In this document: in pieces, positions 48,617 to 57,311 of the stretch
Numbering within the stretch: position 1 is the first letter of the stretch
Layout of the letters: every line of letters begins with the position of its first letter
Source: Planctomycetota bacterium
GTDB lineage: Bacteria; Planctomycetota; Phycisphaerae; Sedimentisphaerales; Anaerobacaceae
Direction of reading: 5' to 3'
Assembly: GCA_025459125.1 (NCBI GenBank)
Contig: JALORE010000023.1
Span: forward strand, 5,981-69,980
Length of the DNA stretch: 64,000 bases
Translations under genes and position numbers: made by a program
The notes under the pieces: generated by a model
What the model was told of the DNA's origin: nothing
The model's database searches: none
Seen by the model: only the letters and a program-made list of their open reading frames with translations

Positions 48617-48678
48617 GTAGGGTGTGCTGTGCCCACCAATTCCAAAGATCGAGTTGTGGCGTGCACAGCACACGCTAC
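48617..48678. repeat. REPIN-like palindrome (P-type) overlapping the stop codon of the upstream gene
   Basis: GTAGGGTGTGCTGTGCCCACC ... GGCGTGCACAGCACACGCTAC. The TAG stop of the 48675 gene (48675..48677) lies inside the right arm. Confidence 0.85.
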
Positions 48679-51206
48679 TCATATCGCAGCGCCACCATCG
48701 GATCGATCCGGGCCGCCCGCCGGGCCGGCAGCCACGCGCCCAGGCTCGCGACGGCGATCATCAGCACCGCAGCCCCCACCAGCGTGAGAGGATCATAAGG
48801 TTCGACGCCATAGAGAGGAGTATAGAATCCGGGGCCCCAGAAAGGATGGTAAGGTTCGAGAACGGACAGGATCACACGAACCAGGGCCAGGGCGACGGGT
48901 ATGCCGACGGCGACGCCAAGGACCGCGAGCAACAGGGCTTCACGCAGGATCGGCCCGGCGACATCCCAGGCGCGGGCCCCCAGGGCCTTGCGAATGCCCA
49001 TTTCGCCGGTGCGGCGCGCGACATGGTAGGCCATCAGTCCGTACAGACCGAGGCAGGACAGCCCCAGAGCCAGGAGGGCGAGGCTGCCGCACAGCGCCGC
49101 ATAAAGGCGTTCCCAAGCCAGGGACTCCTGGAGTACCAGTTTCTGTGTCGTAATCCCGGCCAGCGGCAGGTTGCGATCGACCTCGGCGACGGCCCGGCGT
49201 ACGGCCGGGATCAGAGACTCCGGAGGAAGCACCGTACGAATCGCATAGGTGAGACTAAGGAAAGGGAATTGTAGATGTGGAATATACAGAAGAGGGGCGG
49301 CATCTCGACGCAGGCGATCATATTTCTGGTTGCGGCACAAACCTACTATCTGACACGATTCTTCACCCGCCCTGACGTACTGGCCCAGAGGGTTGTCGCC
49401 CCCAAAAAACGCGCGGGCGAATTCCTCGTTGACGATCGCCACCGGCGGGGAATGCTCTGTGTCCGTGGCACAGAAATCGCGCCCCTGCAGCATCTGGATT
49501 CCCATGGTAGCGAAGTACCCGTCGCTCACAACCAGGGCCATGGAATCGCGCGGCTCTTCCTCGGAACGATGGGGGATCGAAATCCGACGCGTCCACAACT
49601 CTCCTCCGAACAGGGTCCGGTTGGAAAGAGCGACCGACCGGACACCGGGGATCTCTGCGATCCTCTGGCGCAGTGTGCCATAGAAGCCCTGCAGATTCTT
49701 CGGGCGAGTCAGAGACGAATAGGGACTGATGGGAACCAACAGGAGATTCTCCGTGTCGAATCCCGGATCCGCGCGATAGAGATTGACCAAGGTCCGGCAC
49801 AAGAGCCCCCCGACGACGACGATGATGACAGACAAACCCACCTGCGCCGTGACCAACACCTTCCCCAGGCCCAGCCGGGGCGTGCCGCGGTTGGCGCCCT
49901 CTTTCAGTCCGGCCGCAGGGTCGGCGTTGCCGGCCCGCAGCGCCGGCAACAGACCGGACAATAGCGTGGTGACCACACCTACGGCCAGCGCAAAGAGCAA
50001 AACGTTCCGATCGATCTGCAGGTTGAAGTGTTGGTTGCCGGACGGATCGTTCACAAAACCGGTCAGTGCCCCTCTGATCCACACGGAGAATACCAAGCCG
50101 AGGCCGACACCGGCCAAGGACAGGACCGTACTCTCCGCCAGGGATTGGCGGACCAGACGCCACCGCCCGGCCCCCAGCGCCGCCCGCACGGCCATCTCCT
50201 GTTGACGGGCCGCCCCGCGAACCAGCAGCAGACCGGCCAGATTGGCGCAGGCGACCAGCAGAACCAGACCCACCACACCCTGCAGGGGCCACCAGCGTTG
50301 CGCGGTGTCCGGACGGTCGCCAAGTACCCCGTGCCCCCCTTTCTGCAAGGAGATTCCCGGCCCATCCACCTCCACGATGGTGCGATTCCGTACCTGGGCG
50401 AACCAAACCTCCAACCAGCTCTGCACCTGAGCCTCATCGGCCCCGGGCGCCCGTCGCCCCATGATTTGAACCCACCAGGCGTCGTACGAACCCAACCAGT
50501 CCGCTTCGCTTAGACCCGGTCGGGCCATCGTCAGGGGCACGTAGAAATCGGTACGCCTCTCACCGGCCAACGGACCTACGTAACGGCGTGGGAGCACGCC
50601 AATGACAGTGAAGCTCGTATTCTCGACCGTAAGTGTCCGGCCCAAGACGTCGGGATCGAGACCATAGACACGTTGCCAAAAAGGATATGTGAGGACGGCC
50701 ACCGGCGCAGCATCCGGACGGTCATCCTCCGTGGTAATCGGCCTGCCAATCAGGACCGGCGCGCCGTAACCCCGGAAGAAGTTCCCCGATACCATCAGGA
50801 CATGGGCCAAAGACACTGTGTCTTCCACACGGATCGTCCTGGAATCCCGGTAGGAAAAGGCGAAAACGTCAGAGAACCCTCGTGCCTGCTCGGCAAAATC
50901 CCGATACGCGGGATACGGAAAGGACCCGCAGGAGAACCCGCCACCCGGGATACCTGCGAAGCTCCCCTGGAACTGATGCCTGCTCCCCACGCTCCCCACC
51001 AGTTTACGACCGGTCCAGTTGATCACGCGTAACTCCTGCGGATTGCGTACCGGCAGCGACTTGTACAGGATGCCGTTGATCAGACTGAAGATGGCCGCGT
51101 TGGCGCCGATGCCCAGGGCGAGCGACAGCACCGCCACCGTCGTGAAGCCGGGGCTCCGGCACAACTGGCGAAAGGCGTAACGTACGCCCTGCCGTATCGT
51201 GATCAT
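48675..51206 (-). CDS. ADOP-family duplicated FtsX/MacB-type ABC permease (843 aa), long-N-domain subfamily
   Basis: N-terminus 'MITIRQGVRYAFRQLCRSPGF', C-terminus 'ARRAARIDPMVALRYE', SD GGGAGG upstream of ATG 51206. Confidence 0.9.
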   Translation of the reverse strand: MITIRQGVRYAFRQLCRSPGFTTVAVLSLALGIGANAAIFSLINGILYKSLPVRNPQELRVINWTGRKLVGSVGSRHQFQGSFAGIPGGGFSCGSFPYPAYRDFAEQARGFSDVFAFSYRDSRTIRVEDTVSLAHVLMVSGNFFRGYGAPVLIGRPITTEDDRPDAAPVAVLTYPFWQRVYGLDPDVLGRTLTVENTSFTVIGVLPRRYVGPLAGERRTDFYVPLTMARPGLSEADWLGSYDAWWVQIMGRRAPGADEAQVQSWLEVWFAQVRNRTIVEVDGPGISLQKGGHGVLGDRPDTAQRWWPLQGVVGLVLLVACANLAGLLLVRGAARQQEMAVRAALGAGRWRLVRQSLAESTVLSLAGVGLGLVFSVWIRGALTGFVNDPSGNQHFNLQIDRNVLLFALAVGVVTTLLSGLLPALRAGNADPAAGLKEGANRGTPRLGLGKVLVTAQVGLSVIIVVVGGLLCRTLVNLYRADPGFDTENLLLVPISPYSSLTRPKNLQGFYGTLRQRIAEIPGVRSVALSNRTLFGGELWTRRISIPHRSEEEPRDSMALVVSDGYFATMGIQMLQGRDFCATDTEHSPPVAIVNEEFARAFFGGDNPLGQYVRAGEESCQIVGLCRNQKYDRLRRDAAPLLYIPHLQFPFLSLTYAIRTVLPPESLIPAVRRAVAEVDRNLPLAGITTQKLVLQESLAWERLYAALCGSLALLALGLSCLGLYGLMAYHVARRTGEMGIRKALGARAWDVAGPILREALLLAVLGVAVGIPVALALVRVILSVLEPYHPFWGPGFYTPLYGVEPYDPLTLVGAAVLMIAVASLGAWLPARRAARIDPMVALRYE

Positions 51207-51290
51207 TTGTTCTACCTCCCGTTTCCCTCACACGTGTCTCAACGACTCTGTTGGATCAGCTTGATAGACGCCGCAAGGTGCGAATAGCAG

Positions 51291-51839
51291 TCACACCTCC
51301 CAGCCTGGGCGGTACGTCCGGCCGACATACTGATTGATCTGGGGCTCATTCGCACACTCTCGTTTCTGCACGTTCCACCGAAGCTTCCGGCCTACGCCGG
51401 CGCAGGCCGCCAGATGACCGGTCATGATCCGCTCGGTGAGCCGGCCGGACGTGGTGGGGAAGTCACTCGTGAGGGGGCCTCCCTTCTCGATCGCGTCGAA
51501 GAGCTCGCCGAGCGCGCTGCCGGTCCGCGGCAGCGTTTTCGGCCGCGGCGGGCACTCCCGGTGTTTCTGTATGGGCAAGATGCGTGTGTCGAGACAAGAG
51601 GAGCCGGAATACATGTAGCCTCTGTCACCGATGAAGATGGATCCCACCCTACTGGGCGGCTGCAATTCGCTGCGCAACTTCCTCAGGGATTCCGGCATAT
51701 CCTCGGCTTCTTCATACGCATACACCTTCACCGGTGGCATCGCGCCCCGCGCCGGGAACTCCCGCCGCAAGACCATGTTCAAGCAATACAGTTCCTCACT
51801 GCCCCCCTGGAGGAATTGCCTGCGTGAATGTGTGCGCAT
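51291..51839 (-). pseudogene. Truncated Gfo/Idh/MocA-family oxidoreductase (Tat-like leader fused to the C-terminal domain; Rossmann domain missing)
   Basis: 182 aa. The leader is 'MRTHSRRQFLQGG'. The family-typical C-terminal end is 'LTERIMTGHLAACAGVGRKLRWNVQKRECANEPQINQYVGRTYRPGWEV'. No N-terminal NAD-binding GxGxxG region is present. Confidence 0.5.
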
Positions 51840-51851
51840 TGGAGTTCTCCT

Positions 51852-54611
51852 CTACGGGAACCGGTACACGTACCCACTGTCGCTTCGTTTGCGGATCCAC
51901 TCCATGAACGCCGCCGGATGAATGATCTTGGCACCGCTTGGATGGACATGGGCCGACGCCAAGAGCGACTCTTTCATCTGTGCCGGCGTCAGGTCCGGAC
52001 GGATCTGCCAGCCCAAGGCCAGGATACCGGCGGCATAGGGGATGGTATCGCTGTATCCCGCCTTGGACCGCGGTTGGCGGCTGCGCCGGCCCCCGCCGTC
52101 GTAGGCATAGCCCAACCGCCAGCCCTCCTCGGCCTGGGCGACGGTTCGCGGCGCGGATGGCACATGGATATGCCCCTGGTCGACCTCGACCGGCCCGTTG
52201 CGGAAACCCGGGGTGCAGGCCTCGACACTTTCTCGATTCTGCGGGTCCAACCAGCAGAGGGATACAAAGCCGTGGTGCCAAGTGCAGTCCAGCACCAGGA
52301 TGCCTTGGTCCTGGGCCCGCTGTACGGCCTCGTCCCAGAGAGACTGGTTCTTATACACCGATCCCTCGCCCGAGGGTTGGGACGATACCGATACGACCCG
52401 GATCCTTTGCTCTTTCGGCGTGCCCTCATTGTACGTGACGAACCCGTCCAGGGCCCGGGCATAATAACCGGCATCCGCCTCCCAGGAGGGAACGGCCACC
52501 ACGTGCAGGCTGGCCCCCGGGGCGGTGCCACACCGCGTGCCCACCAATTGGCTGGCCATAGCGGGTCCGTGTCCACTGCTTTTGTGCGGGCCGCAACCGG
52601 CGTCGTGGTACGAGACAATCTTGCCGGCGTACTCCGGGTGATCCAGCAGGAGCGGCTGATCGATCAGCCCCACATGGACGCCTGCCCCGGTGATCCCCTG
52701 GGCCTGCAAAGCCCGGACCCCGAGCCCCGGATTCATGCCCTCCTGCAACAGCGCCTGCGGATCGAATCCCGTGGGCAAGCGTTCCGCCGGAGGCCACTGG
52801 GTATCCTGATTGAATTCGAGGGTATCCAGAATATCGCCGGCGGAGCGCAGGTCCAACGCGCGCAGATCCTTGCCACCTACATCGGCATACGCCTCGAGAC
52901 CCTCGCGACGATCCGCCCGGGGACTGTCCGTCTTATCGAGTTGTGCCGGGCCAACGTTGATCTCCAGCACCGTGCCATCATTCTTGCTGATTTCAAAGGA
53001 GAGATTCTGGTCTTCGTAGGTAAGAATGTCTTTGGTCGCAAACTTGCTGAGCTGGAAGTCATTACTGAAGACTTGTTTGATCTCTTCCACCGGGTCACCC
53101 ACTCCCAAGCCGCCGGCGAATCGGTAGGCAGGACTGAGCACCGTGATCCCGATGATGGCATCGTCATCGATCCCAAACGCGAGATCCTCGTACGACATGG
53201 TATACCGCTTCGGGAGATTGTCCCGAGCATACGTCTCTGGCCCCCAATGAACCCATCTTGGCTCTCCCAGCTTCTTCACCAGCTCGTCTTTACTCATGCC
53301 AAATGGGTAGTCGCCTACGCGCACTCCAGGCACGATGGTTTGAGTTTCAGAATTTATCGGCAGAGGCGACCGTACGGTGCGACGCTCACTGGGCGGGCGG
53401 TTCAATGTTGCGGTCTCACCGGCTTGAATCGCACGAATCAACCGGACAGGATCAACGATGGGTCCGAGGGGCCTGGTCATCCCACGGCGCTTCAGTTCGA
53501 TAGTACGCCCGGTTTGCACGGCCAGGGCCCAGAACTTCTCCGGGGTGATCGCAGGATCCACCTGCGCGGCCAGAGCATACACCCCGGCGATGTAAGGGAC
53601 AGCCCAACTGTAACCACCGTTTCGGTAAAAAACGTATTCGCGGATACCGCCGGGGCTGGCGGCGGTGCGCGAGTCCATCGGTACCGAGAAACACATTCCT
53701 AAAGGTGGGGACGGACGGGACCAGAAATCTCTGGCCCGAAACAGGCCCGGTGCATAGGATTCGAATACGTCCGGATCCGCCAAAGGCGAACGATCCAGCG
53801 CGTCGAAGTCGCATCCCTCATGGACCTGTCCGACAGTCGTGCACACAATCAACATGCCGGCCGCCAGTGCTTTCTGTACCGCTTTGGCAATGTCCTCATA
53901 GCCCTCGCGCGACGGCCCCCAACCGGTCGACATGGAGAGGACTCGGATCTTGTTGTCGGGCGGGAGCTGCGCGTTGACTTCGATGATTCGGTGGATACAT
54001 CGAGCCTGGCGCGGCAGAGGGCTTCCGCCCGGCCGGGCGATATAATAGAGCTCGGCCCCCGGAGCGACGCCGACGGTTTTGCCCAGGGCAATCGAGGCGA
54101 CGGCCGCCCCGTGCATCTGCGGCCCACTGTGGCTGGGCACATCGATTTCCTCGTAGAAACGGACACGGTCGGCATACTCCTGGTGGTCAACCAACAGACG
54201 TTGATCGATGATGGCAATCTTCACTCCGCGGCCGGTGATTCCTTCCTCGTGCAAACGGCGGACGCCCAAGCCGGGGTTCTTCCCCAACTCCATGATCTTG
54301 CGCCAATCGAAGCCAGCGGGCATCCGCTCGGGAGCCGGCCAGACCGTCCCGTCATCGAAGTGCGCATACAGGAGATCCTCGAGCGCCGCGCGCAAATCGA
54401 GCTTCGACACGTCCCGGCCCCGCAAATCGACCTGGAAGGGATTGTCCGAATTGGGGTCGTATTTCGGGATGGTTGTCCACTCCCGAGGAGCTTCTTTCCC
54501 AGCGGGCGTGATGCTATGCTTCGCCGGCACCTGTGGATTGGCCTGCACGTCGTGAGAGCCGGCCAGCGGCATTCCGACCAAGATCAGTAATGCTGCTGTC
54601 CCTCGACTCAT
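51852..54611 (-). CDS. Exported S8 (subtilisin-like) serine peptidase with two tandem catalytic modules
   Basis: ORF 51852..54674 with start moved to signal peptide 'MSRGTAALLILVGMPLAGSHDVQA' (ATG 54611). Module 1 has 'VKIAIIDQ', 'HGAAVASI', 'GGYSWAVPYIAG'. Module 2 has 'VHVGLIDQ', 'GHGPAMASQ', 'AGYSDTIPYAAG'. Confidence 0.8.
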   Translation of the reverse strand: MSRGTAALLILVGMPLAGSHDVQANPQVPAKHSITPAGKEAPREWTTIPKYDPNSDNPFQVDLRGRDVSKLDLRAALEDLLYAHFDDGTVWPAPERMPAGFDWRKIMELGKNPGLGVRRLHEEGITGRGVKIAIIDQRLLVDHQEYADRVRFYEEIDVPSHSGPQMHGAAVASIALGKTVGVAPGAELYYIARPGGSPLPRQARCIHRIIEVNAQLPPDNKIRVLSMSTGWGPSREGYEDIAKAVQKALAAGMLIVCTTVGQVHEGCDFDALDRSPLADPDVFESYAPGLFRARDFWSRPSPPLGMCFSVPMDSRTAASPGGIREYVFYRNGGYSWAVPYIAGVYALAAQVDPAITPEKFWALAVQTGRTIELKRRGMTRPLGPIVDPVRLIRAIQAGETATLNRPPSERRTVRSPLPINSETQTIVPGVRVGDYPFGMSKDELVKKLGEPRWVHWGPETYARDNLPKRYTMSYEDLAFGIDDDAIIGITVLSPAYRFAGGLGVGDPVEEIKQVFSNDFQLSKFATKDILTYEDQNLSFEISKNDGTVLEINVGPAQLDKTDSPRADRREGLEAYADVGGKDLRALDLRSAGDILDTLEFNQDTQWPPAERLPTGFDPQALLQEGMNPGLGVRALQAQGITGAGVHVGLIDQPLLLDHPEYAGKIVSYHDAGCGPHKSSGHGPAMASQLVGTRCGTAPGASLHVVAVPSWEADAGYYARALDGFVTYNEGTPKEQRIRVVSVSSQPSGEGSVYKNQSLWDEAVQRAQDQGILVLDCTWHHGFVSLCWLDPQNRESVEACTPGFRNGPVEVDQGHIHVPSAPRTVAQAEEGWRLGYAYDGGGRRSRQPRSKAGYSDTIPYAAGILALGWQIRPDLTPAQMKESLLASAHVHPSGAKIIHPAAFMEWIRKRSDSGYVYRFP

Positions 54612-54684
54612 GGCTTGTTCCCTGCGATGGAGGCGACTGGAAACGCAGAACCACAACTCAGGTAATACCGGCATACTATTCTAC

Positions 54685-57213
54685 TCACTCGCATCTCAAG
54701 GCTCTCATCGGATCGATCTTCGCGGCCCGGCGGGCGGGCAGCCAGCAGGCGAGCAGGGACACGCCCAGCAGCAGCAGCGAGACGCCGCCAAACGTCAGCG
54801 GGTCGGTCGCGGTGACGCCGTACAGCAGGCTCGCGACCAGCCGCGTCACGGCCAGGGCCGCCCCCACGCCGATCGCAAGACCGAGCAGGACCAGCTTCAA
54901 TCCCTGCCGGATCACGAGGGCGACCACGTCCCGGCGGCGGGCTCCCAGGGCCATGCGGACCCCGATCTCCGGTGTCCGGCGGACCACTCCGTAGGACAGG
55001 ATGCCGTACAGACCCAGACAAGCCAACACCAGAGCCAGCAGGCTGAAGGACCCGGCCAGGCTGGACAACGAGCGTTCCCGGAACAAGTGATCGTCGAGCA
55101 TGGCGTGCATCGTCTGCAGGCCGGTCACCTCGACGCTGGGGTCCAGCTCGCGCACAATCTGCCGGATGCCGTCCGCAACGGTCAGAGGGTTGCCCAACGT
55201 CCTGACGTAGAGGTAGGGCAAGACCCGTCCCTGGGTCCCCACGAGACTATAGACGGAAGCTCTTGGGCCGCCGCGCAATCTCTTGTAGATCACGTCCTTG
55301 ACCACCCCGATGACCTCGAGAAACGGCCCGGATTCGCCCGCCTGCAGGAGTTGCCCCACGGGATCTTCCCGGCCAAAGAGCGTTCGGGCGTTCGTCTCAT
55401 CCAGGATCACCGGACGCGCCGCCTGGCCGGACTGACCGACGGAGGCCGCCGCTTCGTCCTGCGGCCCGAAGCTCCGCCCGCGCAGCACCGGGATCCCCAT
55501 GGTCTCGAAGTACCGCACGGTAACGCCGGTGCCACGCACTTCCAGGCCTTCTTCGGCGCCGAAGTCGCGACCGATCCGAACCACCCGGTTCGGCCCCCAC
55601 CCCCACTCGCTGCCACTCACGGGCTGGATGCTGGCACAACCAACGGACCGCACACTCGACAGGCCCTCGACACGCCGAAGAACCTCCTGGTAAACGCTGC
55701 CGCGGCGCGCCTCGTCATAGCCCTTGCCCCAATCGAGCTCGAACGCCAGGAGATGCTCCCGGTCGAACCCCGTATCCAGCGACTTGAGTTTCTGCACGGT
55801 CCGCACAAACAGGCCGGCCCCGATCAGCAGGCAACACGACACGGCGATTTGGGAGACCACGAGCGCTTTGTTCCAGAAGTGCCTGGGCGCGCCGTCCCCG
55901 GGGCCCGTCCGATCCTTGAGTGTGGTGGTCAGGTTGAGACGACTGCCTTGCCAAGCCGGGAGCAGCCCGAAAAGCATTCCGGCCCAAGCAGAAGCAAAGA
56001 AGGTGAACACCAGGATGCGCAGATCCAGCGCCAGATCGAGCCGAACGGCCGCGCCGAACCGAGGAATCGTATAGTGGGCCAGCAACGGAGCGCCCCACCG
56101 CGCGACGAGCAGGCCCAACGCCCCTCCCAGTGCCGCCAGCAGCAGACTCTCCGTCGCGAGTTGCCGAATCAGGGCCCAGCGGCTTGCACCGAGGGCGGCA
56201 CGCACGCCGAACTCGCGCCGACGCGCTGCGCCGCGCGCCAGGAGAAGCCCAGCCAGATTGGCGCACGCGACCAGTAAAACCAGGCCGACCATCGCCATGA
56301 GGATCAGGAGCGGCCGTTGGAGCCCCCAGCCCATGTCGGAATACCCCGCCCCGCCGGCAGCCAGCGCGATCCTCACCTTCGGAACATCCTGCTTCTGCTT
56401 CTCCGACCCGCGGCGGGCGAACCGAGCGTTCAAGTCGCTAAGCCACCGCTGAAAACCGACGTCCAATTCGGCACGCGCCTGTTCCGCGCCCACTCCGGGC
56501 CTCAGACGCCCCATAATGCGTAGCCACTGGCTGGTGGGATTGTCAAAATCCTGCTCTTGAACTGATCTGTTCACGAGCGGGGTCGCCTGAAGGGGCAGCC
56601 ACAGATCGGGGTAGCTTCCCACGATGAATCCCGTGAATCCGCGGGGAGTCACGCCGACGATGGTCACGGCGGTGTTCTCCAGCCGGATGGTTCTGCCGAC
56701 GATCGCCGGTTCCAGGCCGAAACGCCGTTGCCAGAATCCGTAGCTGATGACAGCGACCGCCTCCGCAACGCCCCGGCGATCATCCTCCGGCGTCAGTGCC
56801 CGGCCGAGAAGGACAGGTGCCCCCAGGACATCGAAGAAATTCCCCGAAACCGCCTGAACACCCACGCGCCCCGGCTCGCCGCCCTGGGCCCAATCCGCAC
56901 TCATGCTGTACCGATCCATGGAGCTCGCCGCCAGCAGACCGGAGAACGACTGACTGTCCTCGCACCACTGGCGATACGTCACATAAGAAAAGCTCGAATA
57001 TCGGTTGTGGGACGAATCCATGATGGCCACGACGGCGAGTTGTTGTGGATCCTTCACCGGCAGCGACTTCCACAGCAAGGTCTCAATCAGGGTGAAGATC
57101 GCCGTGTTGGCGCCGATGCCGAGCGCCAGCGTGAGCACCGCCACCGCCGTGAAACCGGGACTCTTCACCAGCACGCGGACGCCGTAGCGGAGATCTTGCC
57201 ACCAAGCCGTCAT
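54685..57213 (-). CDS. ADOP-family duplicated FtsX/MacB-type ABC permease (842 aa), long-N-domain subfamily
   Basis: N-terminus 'MTAWWQDLRYGVRVLVKSPGF', C-terminus 'ARRAAKIDPMRALRCE'. Confidence 0.9.
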   Translation of the reverse strand: MTAWWQDLRYGVRVLVKSPGFTAVAVLTLALGIGANTAIFTLIETLLWKSLPVKDPQQLAVVAIMDSSHNRYSSFSYVTYRQWCEDSQSFSGLLAASSMDRYSMSADWAQGGEPGRVGVQAVSGNFFDVLGAPVLLGRALTPEDDRRGVAEAVAVISYGFWQRRFGLEPAIVGRTIRLENTAVTIVGVTPRGFTGFIVGSYPDLWLPLQATPLVNRSVQEQDFDNPTSQWLRIMGRLRPGVGAEQARAELDVGFQRWLSDLNARFARRGSEKQKQDVPKVRIALAAGGAGYSDMGWGLQRPLLILMAMVGLVLLVACANLAGLLLARGAARRREFGVRAALGASRWALIRQLATESLLLAALGGALGLLVARWGAPLLAHYTIPRFGAAVRLDLALDLRILVFTFFASAWAGMLFGLLPAWQGSRLNLTTTLKDRTGPGDGAPRHFWNKALVVSQIAVSCCLLIGAGLFVRTVQKLKSLDTGFDREHLLAFELDWGKGYDEARRGSVYQEVLRRVEGLSSVRSVGCASIQPVSGSEWGWGPNRVVRIGRDFGAEEGLEVRGTGVTVRYFETMGIPVLRGRSFGPQDEAAASVGQSGQAARPVILDETNARTLFGREDPVGQLLQAGESGPFLEVIGVVKDVIYKRLRGGPRASVYSLVGTQGRVLPYLYVRTLGNPLTVADGIRQIVRELDPSVEVTGLQTMHAMLDDHLFRERSLSSLAGSFSLLALVLACLGLYGILSYGVVRRTPEIGVRMALGARRRDVVALVIRQGLKLVLLGLAIGVGAALAVTRLVASLLYGVTATDPLTFGGVSLLLLGVSLLACWLPARRAAKIDPMRALRCE

Positions 57214-57311
57214 TGCAGGACTCCAGTTCTCAGTTGTCAGTGGCCAGTTCTCGGTTGGGTGCCATCAGTGCTCTTGCTGTCGACTGCCAACTGTGAGCCG
57301 TCAACTTCGTC
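57214..57311 (-). repeat. Q-type intergenic hairpin element
   Basis: 'actccagttctcagttgtcagtggccagttctcggttggg ... cttgctgtcgactgccaactgtgagccgtcaact'. Confidence 0.65.

Noticed and set aside
11949-57311. Regularly recurring palindromic repeats as a CRISPR array.
   Set aside because: The repeats are about 2.5 kb apart, which is one gene. They are separated by long conserved coding sequences, belong to several sequence families and have no cas genes nearby.
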